A DNA stretch of 63,895 nucleotides, filler included, from Octopus bimaculoides (taxonomy: Eukaryota): assembly GCF_001194135.2 (NCBI RefSeq). It is 5 parts of 5 records of this genome, joined end to end, with 100 filler letters (N's around TTAATTAATTAA, not from the genome) between each part and the next. Parts side by side here need not be neighbours in the genome. Positions count along the whole stretch, not along the records: positions 34,665 to 53,190 come from NC_068983.1; positions 53,291 to 62,767 come from NC_068997.1; positions 62,868 to 63,895 come from NW_026371172.1; 2 more parts are not named here. The stretch is one strand, 5' to 3'. The position numbers and the translations under genes are program-made. This document shows positions 51,723-63,895 of this stretch, one piece after another. Position 1 is the first letter of the stretch. Each line of letters opens with the position of its first letter. The notes beneath the pieces were generated by a model, which worked only from the letters and a program-made list of their open reading frames with translations, had not been told where the DNA came from and did no database searches.

Positions 51723-52061
51723 CATGCATACATACATACTGAAACAATATGGCATTTCGATGGTTTTGATGATGACTATTAAGATGCTCGGTCAACTGAG
51801 TGGCCAAGCCTACTCATTAATTTAACATATAAATAGTTTTTATTCCACATGCACGTGCACTCTTAACGTAATTCTCCAAAGTAACCAACATGGTACAAAT
51901 GCGACAATTTTTTCTCGTATAAATGTATGCATGTGCAACTGTGTCATCGATTATGCGACGACCAAGATCTGTGTGCGAGACTCTGGCGTTACTTTCGGGA
52001 ACTACCACCTTACAGACTTACCCCATTTCCATCAAACAAGAGCATAAAGCAGGCATTGAAG

Positions 52062-52135
<74 letters not shown>

Positions 52136-52286
52136 GTGTGTAGTTCACAGATGAGATCCAGAGATTTTCTGTATAGAAAACACTTTGTAGAGCTCAAAAG
52201 ATTCAAACTTACACTCCAATGTCTTTACCTGGGATCAGTCCACAAGTTAAAGAAAGGTTATAAGAGGGATCATGTCGAGCGAGTAC

Positions 52287-52729
52287 AGAGGCAATTATGC
52301 GGATAAACAAATTAGATACATCAAGTATATTAAATATATTAAATATATTAGTTTGTGTATGAAATACAAAGTATGTATGCATACAAAAAAAAAAAGAAAG
52401 CAAACGATGGAGACTTTCAGAAGATGAATATTCTTAGAATAAATATATAAATATTTATATTACTAGATCCAACTTACACAGAGTACGAACGACAGAGAAA
52501 ATTCCACCCCTTAAATCTTATTCTGTCGTTTGTGATCTGTGTGTGTTGGACCTATTAATATAAATATCTATATATCTATATTAAAACAATTCATTATCTG
52601 AAAGTCTCTACTTTTTGCTTTCTCTCTTTTTTGTATGTATACATATATAAATATTTTGTATTTCACACACAAACTAATATATTTAATATATTTGATGTAT
52701 GTAATATGTTTATCTACATTATTGCCTCT
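52287..52729. repeat. About 440-bp diverged AT-rich foldback
   Basis: The arms mirror each other to a loop at about 52500-52520. The ORF track shows the same peptide YFVFHTQTNIFNIF on both strands. Confidence 0.8.
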
Positions 52730-53137
52730 TTCTCTCTCACTCTCTCACTAACACACACACACACACACTCTCTCTCCATAAATATATATGCGTGTGTGTG
52801 TGTTTATATATATAAATATATATATAATACATATAGAAATGTGTATATGTGTGTGTGCGTGTTTAGACGAATGTGTATGTGTGTACGTCTGTGTGTGTGA
52901 TATTTCTGTCTCGAGATTAACTGTTTGCTTTGTGGAAATCGTTATCTAACAATACTAGTAAATCGTAGTTGCTAATTTCATACACACATAAACACATACG
53001 CATACGTCTATATATACATATACATATTACATACACACACACATATATATATGTACTTGTATTTTTAATGTGCACTGTATACAGTTATGTGCTATTAATA
53101 GTAAACTATATACCTTTGTACATACGTGTATGGGTAT

Positions 53138-53190
<53 letters not shown>

Positions 53191-53755
53191 NNNNNNNNNN
53201 NNNNNNNNNNNNNNNNNNNNNNNNNNNNNNNNNNTTAATTAATTAANNNNNNNNNNNNNNNNNNNNNNNNNNNNNNNNNNNNNNNNNNNNTTCTTCTTGA
53301 ATATAAAACATTTAGCCTTTCGTTACCTAATTTATACTTCCTATTACTCTTTAAAATTCTAGTTGGAGAATATGAGTAAGCTTTGACTACTATTTCTGAT
53401 ACATCTAGCTCCACATAACAGCATTTTTTTTTTTGACTTGGCAAAAGTATGCGTTTTATGCACAAATATTTTATAAATGCGATTGGGATAGGTACATGTT
53501 ATCGATTGAATAAAGTTTAAATTGCTAACCATACTCGCTTTTTGGTGTAAATGTACTAAGCGGTTGTATCAGGAAAATCTACTCCAGTAGGCTCAGTGCA
53601 AAATATAGAGAAATGTAATTAAATGTTTTGTGCTAACATCAATATAAATAAATAGACCCACATGCGTAAACACACATATATATACACATGCATATATATA
53701 CTTATATATATTATATACATGTAATATATATATGTGTGTGCGTGTATATATATAT

Positions 53756-53756
<1 letters not shown>

Positions 53757-53820
<64 letters not shown>

Positions 53821-53829
53821 GAGACAGAG

Positions 53830-53901
<72 letters not shown>
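53757..53901. repeat. (TAGA)n microsatellite
   Basis: Directly visible. Similar arrays lie at about 500, 29315, 43836, 60390 and 61740. Confidence 0.97.
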
Positions 53902-53902
<1 letters not shown>

Positions 53903-53914
53903 TATGTACATATA

Positions 53915-54747
53915 TGAGGTCTGTTGCCATAGTAACGAAGCTAAAGTATGCAGAGTAAAGCCGCTTTGCAAAGATTGATTTCGAACTCTGTTTTAACGTC
54001 CTAGCTTACTTCCTGTATTTACAGCAGTGCTTGGAAGGAAGGTGTGTAGCTTTGACCATAACAGAGAAATATCTCATGGCGATACCTGTTCAGAAGCGTA
54101 TGCAAATTTGCCGAAAGTGTATGGAGAGAAGTGTATGAACCGCACACAAATGTACGAGTGTTTCAGACGTTTCCAAGATGGCCGAAAAATGTCGATATTG
54201 AGTTCTGGGAGAACAGTAACCAGTAGAACCGAGAAAAACATCGCAAATGTGCGTGAAGCTGTGGAAGGAAATCGTCGAATCACAATACGTGAGTTATCAG
54301 AGCATGTGCAGATTAGTTATGGTTCAGTTCAGTCAATTATCACTGAAGATTTGATTATGAAACGCATGTCAGCCAAGTTTGGGTGCCAAAACTGCTTTCA
54401 GCTGACCAAAATGACACTTGGGTTTCAGTTGCACCAGATCTCCTTGGTTGTGTCGAGAACGATAAAAACTTATTGAAAACGTTGCGTAGGCCTCTGAGCA
54501 GGTATCACCAAGATTTTGGCAACATTTGATGCAGATTCTCTGCTCAACTTTCATGGTCAATGAACGATTACACGCTACACACGTTACTTCCAAGCGCTGC
54601 TGTAAGCAGTGGAAGTGAGCTAGAACGTTAAAACTTAGTATACATTCACAGCAGAGTTCAAGGTCAATCTACGCCAAGCGGCTTTACTCTAAATGCTTTA
54701 GGTTCGTTACTATGATAAGCGTCCGGATACTTATTGATCAGACAATG
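53915..54747. mobile_element. Palindromic mariner derivative made of two 5' ends joined in inverted orientation
   Basis: The plus arm encodes a transposase N-terminus (GDTCSEAY...RRFQDGR...NRRITIRELSE...ENDKNLLKT). The minus arm repeats the TIR and MKVEQRICIKCC..LGDTCSEAY. TA on both flanks. Confidence 0.85.
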
Positions 54748-56649
54748 TATGTATATATATATATATATATATATACATATACATACATACACACACCCAC
54801 ATATGTATATATATATANNNNNNNNNNNNNNNNNNNNNNNNNNNNNNNNNNNNNNNNNNNNNNNNNNNNNNNNNNNNNNNNNNNNNNNNNNNNNNNNNNN
54901 NNNNNNNNNNNNNNNNNNNNNNNNNNNNNNNNNNNNNNNNNNNNNNNNNNNNNNNNNNNNNNNNNNNNNNNNNNNNNNNNNNNNNNNNNNNNNNNNNNNN
55001 NNNNNNNNNNNNNNNNNNNNNNNNNNNNNNNNNNNNNNNNNNNNNNNNNNNNNNNNNNNNNNNNNNNNNNNNNNNNNNNNNNNNNNNNNNNNNNNNNNNN
55101 NNNNNNNNNNNNNNNNNNNNNNNNNNNNNNNNNNNNNNNNNNNNNNNNNNNNNNNNNNNNNNNNNNNNNNNNNNNNNNNNNNNNNNNNNNNNNNNNNNNN
55201 NNNNNNNNNNNNNNNNNNNNNNNNNNNNNNNNNNNNNNNNNNNNNNNNNNNNNNNNNNNNNNNNNNNNNNNNNNNNNNNNNNNNNNNNNNNNNNNNNNNN
55301 NNNNNNNNNNNNNNNNNNNNNNNNNNNNNNNNNNNNNNNNNNNNNNNNNNNNNNNNNNNNNNNNNNNNNNNNNNNNNNNNNNNNNNNNNNNNNNNNNNNN
55401 NNNNNNNNNNNNNNNNNNNNNNNNNNNNNNNNNNNNNNNNNNNNNNNNNNNNNNNNNNNNNNNNNNNNNNNNNNNNNNNNNNNNNNNNNNNNNNNNNNNN
55501 NNNNTTCGTGAACCTAATAAAATAGTTGTATGATTGAGTAGAAGATCTAAACCATCGAATTCGCTTTTCTGGAAAACTTTGACATTATCCCCTGTTGTAT
55601 GAGTGCGAGAAGAAAATTCTCGAATTAATCAATCCAGTTCCTGGGTGAAATTAGAGTAAGCTCGTAATTTTATTACCCATACGAAAAAGTCTACAAAAAA
55701 AACAAAAAAAAAACAACAGAAATTTTAATTGAATGTCAAGTACATGAATAGTAATAGCCGTCATATATGGAGGAACAGGTGCGTTAGCAATAACAACAAA
55801 TGTTATTCATATCTACGGTGTTCAGTCAGTTTTAATGAAAGAACTTGCTTCAGGAGCATTGCATTTAAAACGAAGGCGCCTGTTTTTATTCAAGTTTGGA
55901 TTAGATCAAATTCCACTAGACGGGAGTAATTATGCCAGAAGTAGAAACAGCAATACCTACTGTGTAATTATTTTCTATGTATTTTTTTCTTTAAAAACAT
56001 ATATTGATTTTTTACATAATCACATTCAAGAAGCATCGTAGAGTTGAGTGAAAAGGCTAAAATTTTGTATCTAATTTCGACTTATTTTACTTATTTTCGG
56101 AAATGAATAAATATTAGCATTTTCCTTTTTCTTCACTGCATAAAACTAATAGAAAATTTTTTTTTTTTTTTTGTCAGAGGAGGATTACGTCCGAATGTTA
56201 AAAATTGGTATTTTCATATATATTCAGTGCTTCCAAAGTTTGTTTATAAAATGCAGTCACATTCGAAAGCTGTAATTTAGTATTAAAATTTATAACAAAT
56301 GCGATCTGAGTTTATTTAGATTTATGGTTAAAGCACTCAACCGATAATTGAGTAGCACGGTTTCGATTCCCCTAGTCTGTCTTCTGGAATTTTTTCTTTT
56401 TCCCTCTCATCTTTCTCTGCTACTCTTACTGTTTTACTGCATTCGAAGTTTATTTTATTTTCTGCAAAATACTAACAACATTCGACGCTTTCAAAGTTTG
56501 TTATAAACTGTTGTCGCATAGTCATTTTGTTTTAACTAGCTTATATGAGATAGCTAATATTTTTCTAATGTTTTATCGCTGTTTTCAGGATCGATGAAAT
56601 AGTTACCAGTTGAGCACTGGGATCGATATAGTCAACTTTCCCCTCATCC

Positions 56650-56930
56650 GCAACTATGTGACAGTTTATCAGTTTTGAGTAAAACAGGAAGTGGATGATC
56701 AGAGTCATCGAGAATAGAGTGAGAACTAAACAATTGAGAAAAGAGCTCTGCTTTATCATTTGATGTTGTCAAGATCTCAGGTCCGTTGAATAAAAGAGGA
56801 ATAGAAGACTTATTGTTACCTCTAACACTTTTAATAATTCTCCAGAAATCACGAGAGCCCACTTTCTGGGGGTGATAATACGATCGTGAATGTGCTGCTC
56901 GTAGTCTAATTTAGCATCACGAATGATAAC
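56650..56930 (-). mobile_element. CR1/Jockey-type LINE fragment (EN-RT linker)
   Basis: GSRDFWRIIKSV...KSSIPLLFNGPEILTTSNDKAELFSQLFSSHSILDDS. Confidence 0.7.
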
Positions 56931-58420
56931 CCAATAGTGATTACACAAACTATAAGGAAACTGAATATTGGCAATATAATGTATATATTCCAGTGCGTAC
57001 ATACACATCATCATCCTCATTTCCACTCTTTCGCCCTCACATATCTCTTCATGTCAACCTACAACCTTGTTCCAATTGGTCTCGCTTTCTTTCTTTCTGC
57101 TCTGTTGCTTTTCCTAGATATTGCTCACAATTAACCTGTAAATCTCTCACCCTTACTCTGTTTTGTGTTTATCTTTTGCTCTGTATCAACCAAGCAAAGC
57201 AAACTGACAAAACAGCTGAATTTTAGGCAAATTCATTTTAATTTTATTCCCTCACACTTGTATGAACATACAGTATCTCCTATGAGAGTTCACATTTTTA
57301 CTGTGTACACACATATGTAGTTAGTATGGATTTTGGTTTCAATAAGAATGAACTGTTTTTAGTGTTTCATGAATAAATCATTCGATTTGTCATACTTGAT
57401 CGTTGATGTGAAATACATATTTTTCTTGCTATATTATTAACTCTACGGAGTCACGTTGAAGTTTTACATGCCAATGAATAAACCAATTTTGATAAATATT
57501 TCATATTTCACTTCGACATTTCATACATATTTCATATTTTGACACTGATTCATTTATGCAAAAAATTGAATTGTTTTTACAATACCCAAATGAGCGTGTA
57601 TAGTTAAGAAAGAACTAAAAAATGACTGCTGTACACTTTTCTAAAAGAAACTTTGTGAACTGGATAAAATGTTATCACGGTTCGAGAATGGAGGTAGGTG
57701 GGGTATTCAATACCATTTTCAATCTCAGGGGCAAATGTGAGTGTTGTTGCTTAATTCACCATGAGTTGATACTTCTATTAAAAATCAGAAATAATGGAAT
57801 TGATATTTTTTTCATTCTTGCTTAAGTTAATATTTTTGCTTCAATTTCGAAACATTTGACTCTTCGTCAAAGCTGATAAGAAAAGATTTTCAGCCATAGT
57901 TCTTTTCGCAAAACTTTTTGGGGTCAGTATAAAACCGTAATTTNNNNNNNNNNNNNNNNNNNNNNNNNNNNNNNNNNNNNNNNNNNNNNNNNNNNNNNNN
58001 NNNNNNNNNNNNNNNNNNNNNNNNNNNNNNNNNNNNNNNNNNNNNNNNNNNNNNNNNNNNNNNNNNNNNNNNNNNNNNNNNNNNNNNNNNNNNNNNNNNN
58101 NNNNNNNNNNNNNNNNNNNNNNNNNNNNNNNNNNNNNNNNNNNNNNNNNNNNNNNNNNNNNNNNNNNNNNNNNNNNNNNNNNNNNNNNNNNNNNNNNNNN
58201 NNNNNNNNNNNNNNNNNNNNNNNNNNNNNNNNNNNNNNNNNNNNNNNNNNNNNNNNNNNNNNNNNNNNNNNNNNNNNNNNNNNNNNNNNNNNNNNNNNNN
58301 NNNNNNNNNNNNNNNNNNNNNNNNNNNNNNNNNNNNNNNNNNNNNNNNNNNNNNNNNNNNNNNNNNNNNNNNNNNNNNNNNNNNNNNNNNNNNNNNNNNN
58401 NNNNNNNNNNNNNNNNNNNN

Positions 58421-58462
<42 letters not shown>

Positions 58463-58464
<2 letters not shown>

Positions 58465-58625
58465 GACGGGTTTCTTTCAGTTTCCGTCCAGCAAATCCAT
58501 TCACAAGGCTTTGGTCGGTCAGGGGCTATAGTAGAAGTAACTTGCCTAAGGTTCCACACAACGGGACTGAACCTGAATTATGTGGTTGGAAAGCATGCTT
58601 CCCAATACACGACCATGCCTGCGCA
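58463..58625 (-). mobile_element. SINE family B, 3' end joined to (TA)n
   Basis: Reverse complement of the 47395 copy. Confidence 0.8.
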
Positions 58626-58689
58626 TATAGCTGTTAATTTATAGTAATCGATTTCGAAGCATTTATTGTAAAAATTTCCAAATACTTTC

Positions 58690-59490
58690 ATATATACACT
58701 CTTCGTCAAACATAGTTAAAAGGATTTTTGTGACTTTGCTAGAATGGAATACAAAAGGATATCACAGCATAGTAATATCAGAATCAGTTCATCCGGACAA
58801 CAGTTGAAAGAATTCTTTATATTTTTACTGGCTTGAAATCTTACTTTTGTTCCTAATTGCTCTGCTCGGAATCGATAAAAAAAATTCTTTGATTTGGCGA
58901 AATACATTTCCGGTTTGTATATGGACAGCTCAGTCTTGTCAACAATTCGATTCAAGGATTTGATTGAAGGGGATAGTACTAAGCAGCATATATTAAACTA
59001 GAAACACGAAACATGATCACAAATATAGAACAAAGAAAAAACTATATTCGTGTTTCGAGACGCAAAGGGCTTGCTGGGAAAGCTTGAGGAAAATGAAGGC
59101 GTTGAAAAATTTTGATGAAAAATGCCTCTCATATCTAGACGCATGAAAAGAAAACTTTGAGTGGTTAAAATCTGGATAAATATCTCGAGTCAGTATTGAG
59201 AGCCTGTAGTTATAATCAACCAGTTTATTGCAACACAAGTAGTAAACATTACAGAATTATTTGAAGATATTATTGCAAAAGACCTCCTGGGTTTCCAGAA
59301 CAGAAGTTTGGGAAAGACAAAGCAATAAAGAAAAGTAGAAAATGCTTTCGATCATTGCAAAGAAATGGATATTTTTAAAAGAAAAGTAAATTAGCTTATT
59401 GTTGAATACGTTTTTGTCTTCCTGGTACTTCTGCAGAGTTAAGCATGTGTTTCTTATAGTAAACAATATGTGGTCGAGATGGGCAACACA
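58690..59490 (+). mobile_element. hAT transposase C-terminal remnant
   Basis: About 59400-59480 reads, across frameshifts, EYVF(C)LPGTSA(E)VKHVFLIVNNMWS, matching the hAT dimerisation motif PxTSAxVERVFS. Confidence 0.5.
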
Positions 59491-59765
59491 GTAGAAACAC
59501 GGTCAGGGTCCCTTCCGACTATTGAATTAAATATTTCATTAAACTACACAGAATTTTTTGAGGGAATTCAAAATGACAATAAATTTCTTAGGAAAGTAGT
59601 TTCAAGTGAAGAAAAATAAAAGTACAGGTAACCGAATGAAATATTAATTGGCAATAACAATATGTATTTTATTTATTATCAAATTCCTCTGTTGTACCTG
59701 ACAATACTTTACATGCGCGTGCTGTTTTTATTGTCTCTCTCTCTCTCTCTCTTTCTCTCTTTCTT

Positions 59766-59797
<32 letters not shown>

Positions 59798-59814
59798 TCT
59801 CTCTNNNNNNNNNN

Positions 59815-59868
<54 letters not shown>

Positions 59869-60389
59869 TTCTCTCTCTCTCTCTCACGCGCGCGTGCAAA
59901 CACAGACACATACATACATGTACACGCACTCACACATTCTCACTCGCGAACACGTTCTCTCTCACTCACACATACACACATTAACTTTCAACCTTCTTAA
60001 TAATAATAAAGACAAATTGTATGTTAGAATTCTGGATTTTTTGAGATGAGGAATTTTTATATTATGTATTATTCGGAATGGTGGCTTCCTCGTATTTGTT
60101 GCTTTCACCACGTATATTCTCCCAGCTAACACATATTACTTCTCCCTCCATGAAATGAAATCATGCACTTTTGTTCATATATTTGCAGCAAAAATCCTCC
60201 ATACCACCCTACGACACATAACTAGTGACAAAAGACGTTGGCCCTTGTTTAATACCTGACCGAATAACAATCCTCGATGACATTTTCAGTCCTCTTGTTT
60301 TCAACTATTAATTTTCAGTTTTAACTCTCATAGCTCACGCTTTCAGATGAAAATTACGCTAAGCCTATACTTACATACAAATGGTTAAC

Positions 60390-60480
<91 letters not shown>

Positions 60481-61247
60481 GGATGAATGGATGGATGGAT
60501 GGNNNNNNNNNNNNNNNNNNNNNNNNNNNNNNNNNNNNNNNNNNNNNNNNNNNNNNNNNNNNNNNNNNNNNNNNNNNNNNNNNNNNNNNNNNNNNNNNNN
60601 NNNNNNNNNNNNNNNNNNNNNNNNNNNNNNNNNNNNNNNNNNNNNNNNNNNNNNNNNNNNNNNNNNNNNNNNNNNNNNNNNNNNNNNNNNNNNNNNNNNN
60701 NNNNNNNNNNNNNNNNNNNNNNNNNNNNNNNNNNNNNNNNNNNNNNNNNNNNNNNNNNNNNNNNNNNNNNNNNNNNNNNNNNNNNNNNNNNNNNNNNNNN
60801 NNNNNNNNNNNNNNNNNNNNNNNNNNNNNNNNNNNNNNNNNNNNNNNNNNNNNNNNNNNNNNNNNNNNNNNNNNNNNNNNNNNNNNNNNNNNNNNNNNNN
60901 NNNNNNNNNNNNNNNNNNNNNNNNNNNNNNNNNNNNNNNNNNNNNNNNNNNNNNNNNNNNNNNNNNNNNNNNNNNNNNNNNNNNNNNNNNNNNNNNNNNN
61001 NNNNNNNNNNNNNNNNNNNNNNNNNNNNNNNNNNNNNNNNNNNNNNNNNNNNNNNNNNNNNNNNNNNNNNNNNNNNNNNNNNNNNNNNNNNNNNNNNNNN
61101 NNNNNNNNNNNNNNNNNNNNNNNNNNNNNNNNNNNNNNNNNNNNNNNNNNNNNNNNNNNNNNNNNNNNNNNNNNNNNNNNNNNNNNNNNNNNNNNNNNNN
61201 NNNNNNNNNNNNNNNNNNNNNNNNNNNNNNNNNNNNNNNNNNNNNNN

Positions 61248-61293
<46 letters not shown>

Positions 61294-61605
61294 ACAGATT
61301 AAATGGAATTTTAGATTTTAGACATTCGAATGGTTTCTTCAATCAGCAACTCCTCTCTACACGTATGTAAGCTCTTCCCTCTGTGTTCTTAATGACTATA
61401 TATAACTTCCCAAGTGCCATTTGCATTGCTTTTCTCACCTTTGTCTGACGGAATGAACATGGTTCACATTTAATATGTGGTAATAATATCATGCAATCAT
61501 AGTCATGATGTATCTGACCCATGTATTGTTGAAACGATCGTAAGGTAGGAATAAATATAATACCATCATTTCCATTCTTAGACGCGTGAGTTTATGTTTG
61601 TGTAA

Positions 61606-61660
<55 letters not shown>

Positions 61661-61737
61661 GGAGAGGGCGCTTTCCAGCACAAGCTTTTGAAATGTCACG
61701 TAGAACAAAGGCTTTTAATGATAAATTAAACTAAACG

Positions 61738-61801
<64 letters not shown>

Positions 61802-63174
61802 CAAACACAACGTATATACATACATACATACAAATGTATACGTATGCATGTGTTAAAGGAAACGAGAGAATAGTAGAAAAGGAAGAATGAGAGAGAAAAA
61901 ATGCATTTTAGACCACCCTAACTTGGCAACGCTGTATATTTTGTGTTCCCAATGCTATATTCTAAGAATAATGGGTGGAACACAAGAAAACGTCAATAGC
62001 GATAGGATGTATGAAGTGGCTTTATAATAGTCAACGAGGAATTCGTTCCTCAATGGGAAGCAAGTTATCATTATAAATACATTTCGTTTCGTGAATAGAA
62101 TTAATTTTGTGAACAAATAATGAAGAGACGAAAGGCTCAATTAGAAGGTTTTGTTTCCTGCATACATGAAGATAAATAAACATTTACATTTTACTTGTAT
62201 GATGTGTTTGCGTAAATGCATGTTCGAATAATGTAGCGGTCGTATGTGTGCAATATAAGGGTTGTACGTGATGTTTTCATGTTTTCAAAAACGTAAGTAA
62301 ATAAAATGCATGAAATATTTCTGCACAAAACCAAGCACGAATATATTCGCATTTAGATGTATGTACGTACGTGTGCACGTACGTATGTATGGATGTATAT
62401 AAGTATTATGCATTCATGTATGCATGTTCATATGCATACATGTTCATGCGTATGTATGTATGCTTGCCGGCGCATTAATACAAGCTTGTTAGCGTTTTTA
62501 AAAGAACACATAGAAGAGCCTACAAAAAGCATCTAACTGCTATGGGATCTCTATATATGCATATAATATTCTATAGAGTTTTGCTTGCATGAGTTTGCAA
62601 GTCCTTCGCGTGTGCAAACACAAGCAAATCTGTTCAGAAACGCACAAACTCATACATACATACATACATACATACATACATACATACATGCATACATACA
62701 TAAACCTAATCATACACATCAACATGAATGGATATATTCACATATATCGATGTACAAGGCTTGTATANNNNNNNNNNNNNNNNNNNNNNNNNNNNNNNNN
62801 NNNNNNNNNNNTTAATTAATTAANNNNNNNNNNNNNNNNNNNNNNNNNNNNNNNNNNNNNNNNNNNNTAACGGTCATGGATGCGCAATGAACAAAACAAA
62901 TGAACTTAATATAGATTTATCCTATTTTTTAAAAAAATCGAAGAAAACCTTAAATAGAAAATTGGCTCAAAATACATATCAGATAGAGTAGAAAATATTA
63001 TTAATTTCAAGGTAAAATATTGGTGAGTGGCTACTCGAAATGTAATGCTCCTGATTTTCTTAATCGTGGCAATAATTCTTAAATCTTACTTATTCTATAC
63101 ATCGCTTAGTTCTCGTGTAATGCTGATATTAACTTGAAGGGAATTACCGGTTCTTCATATATTTATGTGGGGTA

Positions 63175-63535
63175 AAAGCCAGCGAAATGGAATAGTCGTT
63201 AGAAGGGCGGAAAAAAATAATTAGCAACATTTTTTTTACGATTATTTAACTCGTGAGTTCAAATCTCACCCATACCAAATTTACCTCTCATCACTTCTGG
63301 GTTGATAAAATGTGGAAATTAGGTAACCGGCCTTATGAGTTCTAGGACTTAAGAAAATTAAGTGTGCATGTGCAGGCGTGGCTGCGAGGTTAAGAACCTT
63401 GCCTCCGAAGAATGTGGCCTTGGGTTCAGTCCCACTGCGAAATACCTTGAACAAGTGTCTTCTACTCTAACTCCATGTCGACCAAATCCTTGCCGGTGGG
63501 TTTGCTGTACGAGAACTGAAAGAAGCTTGATGGAT
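63175..63535 (+). mobile_element. Old family-A SINE followed by a family-B SINE
   Basis: gagttcaaatc core at about 63256; ggcgtggctgcgaggttaag...gggttcagtcccactgcg at about 63375. Confidence 0.65.
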
Positions 63536-63536
63536 A

Positions 63537-63831
63537 CACATGGGTAATGGTTCATTCACTACAGTTGTTTCAAACGAGTCTTTTTTTTTTATTGATGCAT
63601 TGAGTTATTACACTATGAGAAAAAAGCCGTTTTCATTAGGTGGATATACATGAATTTACATTCAAAAATCTGGCCAGGGAGTCATGGTGATCTTTGAAAT
63701 GATTTTTAGATGAGTAGTTCGTGTATATTCACCCGGTGAAAACGGTTTTTCTTCGCATGATGTAATAACTAAATTCAGCAATAAAAAAACTCGTTTGAAA
63801 CAGCTGTAGTGAATGAGCCATTACCCATCTG
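63537..63831. mobile_element. Foldback MITE with about 135-bp TIRs (CAGATGGGTAATGG...)
   Basis: atgggtaatggttcattcactacagttgtttcaaacgagt mirrored by actcgtttgaaacagctgtagtgaatgagccattacccat; about 30-bp centre. Confidence 0.85.
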
Positions 63832-63895
63832 TTGTTATTTAATTTTATATATATATATATATATATCAATAGTAATGGTAAGACAACAAAAGAAT

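Overview
AT-rich, gappy eukaryotic draft-assembly sequence, dominated by microsatellites and decayed transposons. It looks intronic or intergenic. The SINE families and microsatellite load resemble what I recall from octopus (coleoid cephalopod) genomes; that assignment is an inference. No complete host gene is supportable, only a few weak micro-exon candidates. Recognisable content: a near-full-length dead RTE LINE (5.9-9.1 kb, minus) plus a second RTE 5' end; six fragments of R4/Dong-type RLE retrotransposons; Tx1/L1-like, CR1-like, Penelope-like, Gypsy, Tigger/pogo, mariner, hAT and Helitron remnants; at least three SINE families; and about eight unrelated foldback/MITE-like inverted repeats. 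The most interesting signals are: (1) a core-intact minimal type-I hammerhead ribozyme at 38311-38387; (2) two R4/Dong lineages that share a 3'-terminal motif but sit in different microsatellites, (TAA)n versus (CATA)n; (3) a head-to-head palindromic mariner derivative; (4) a four-fold tandem amplification of the RT catalytic YVDD codons; (5) an unidentified decayed coding-like segment at 22.4-23.9 kb. All calls come from manual reading and translation with no database search. Element boundaries are approximate unless exact junctions are given.
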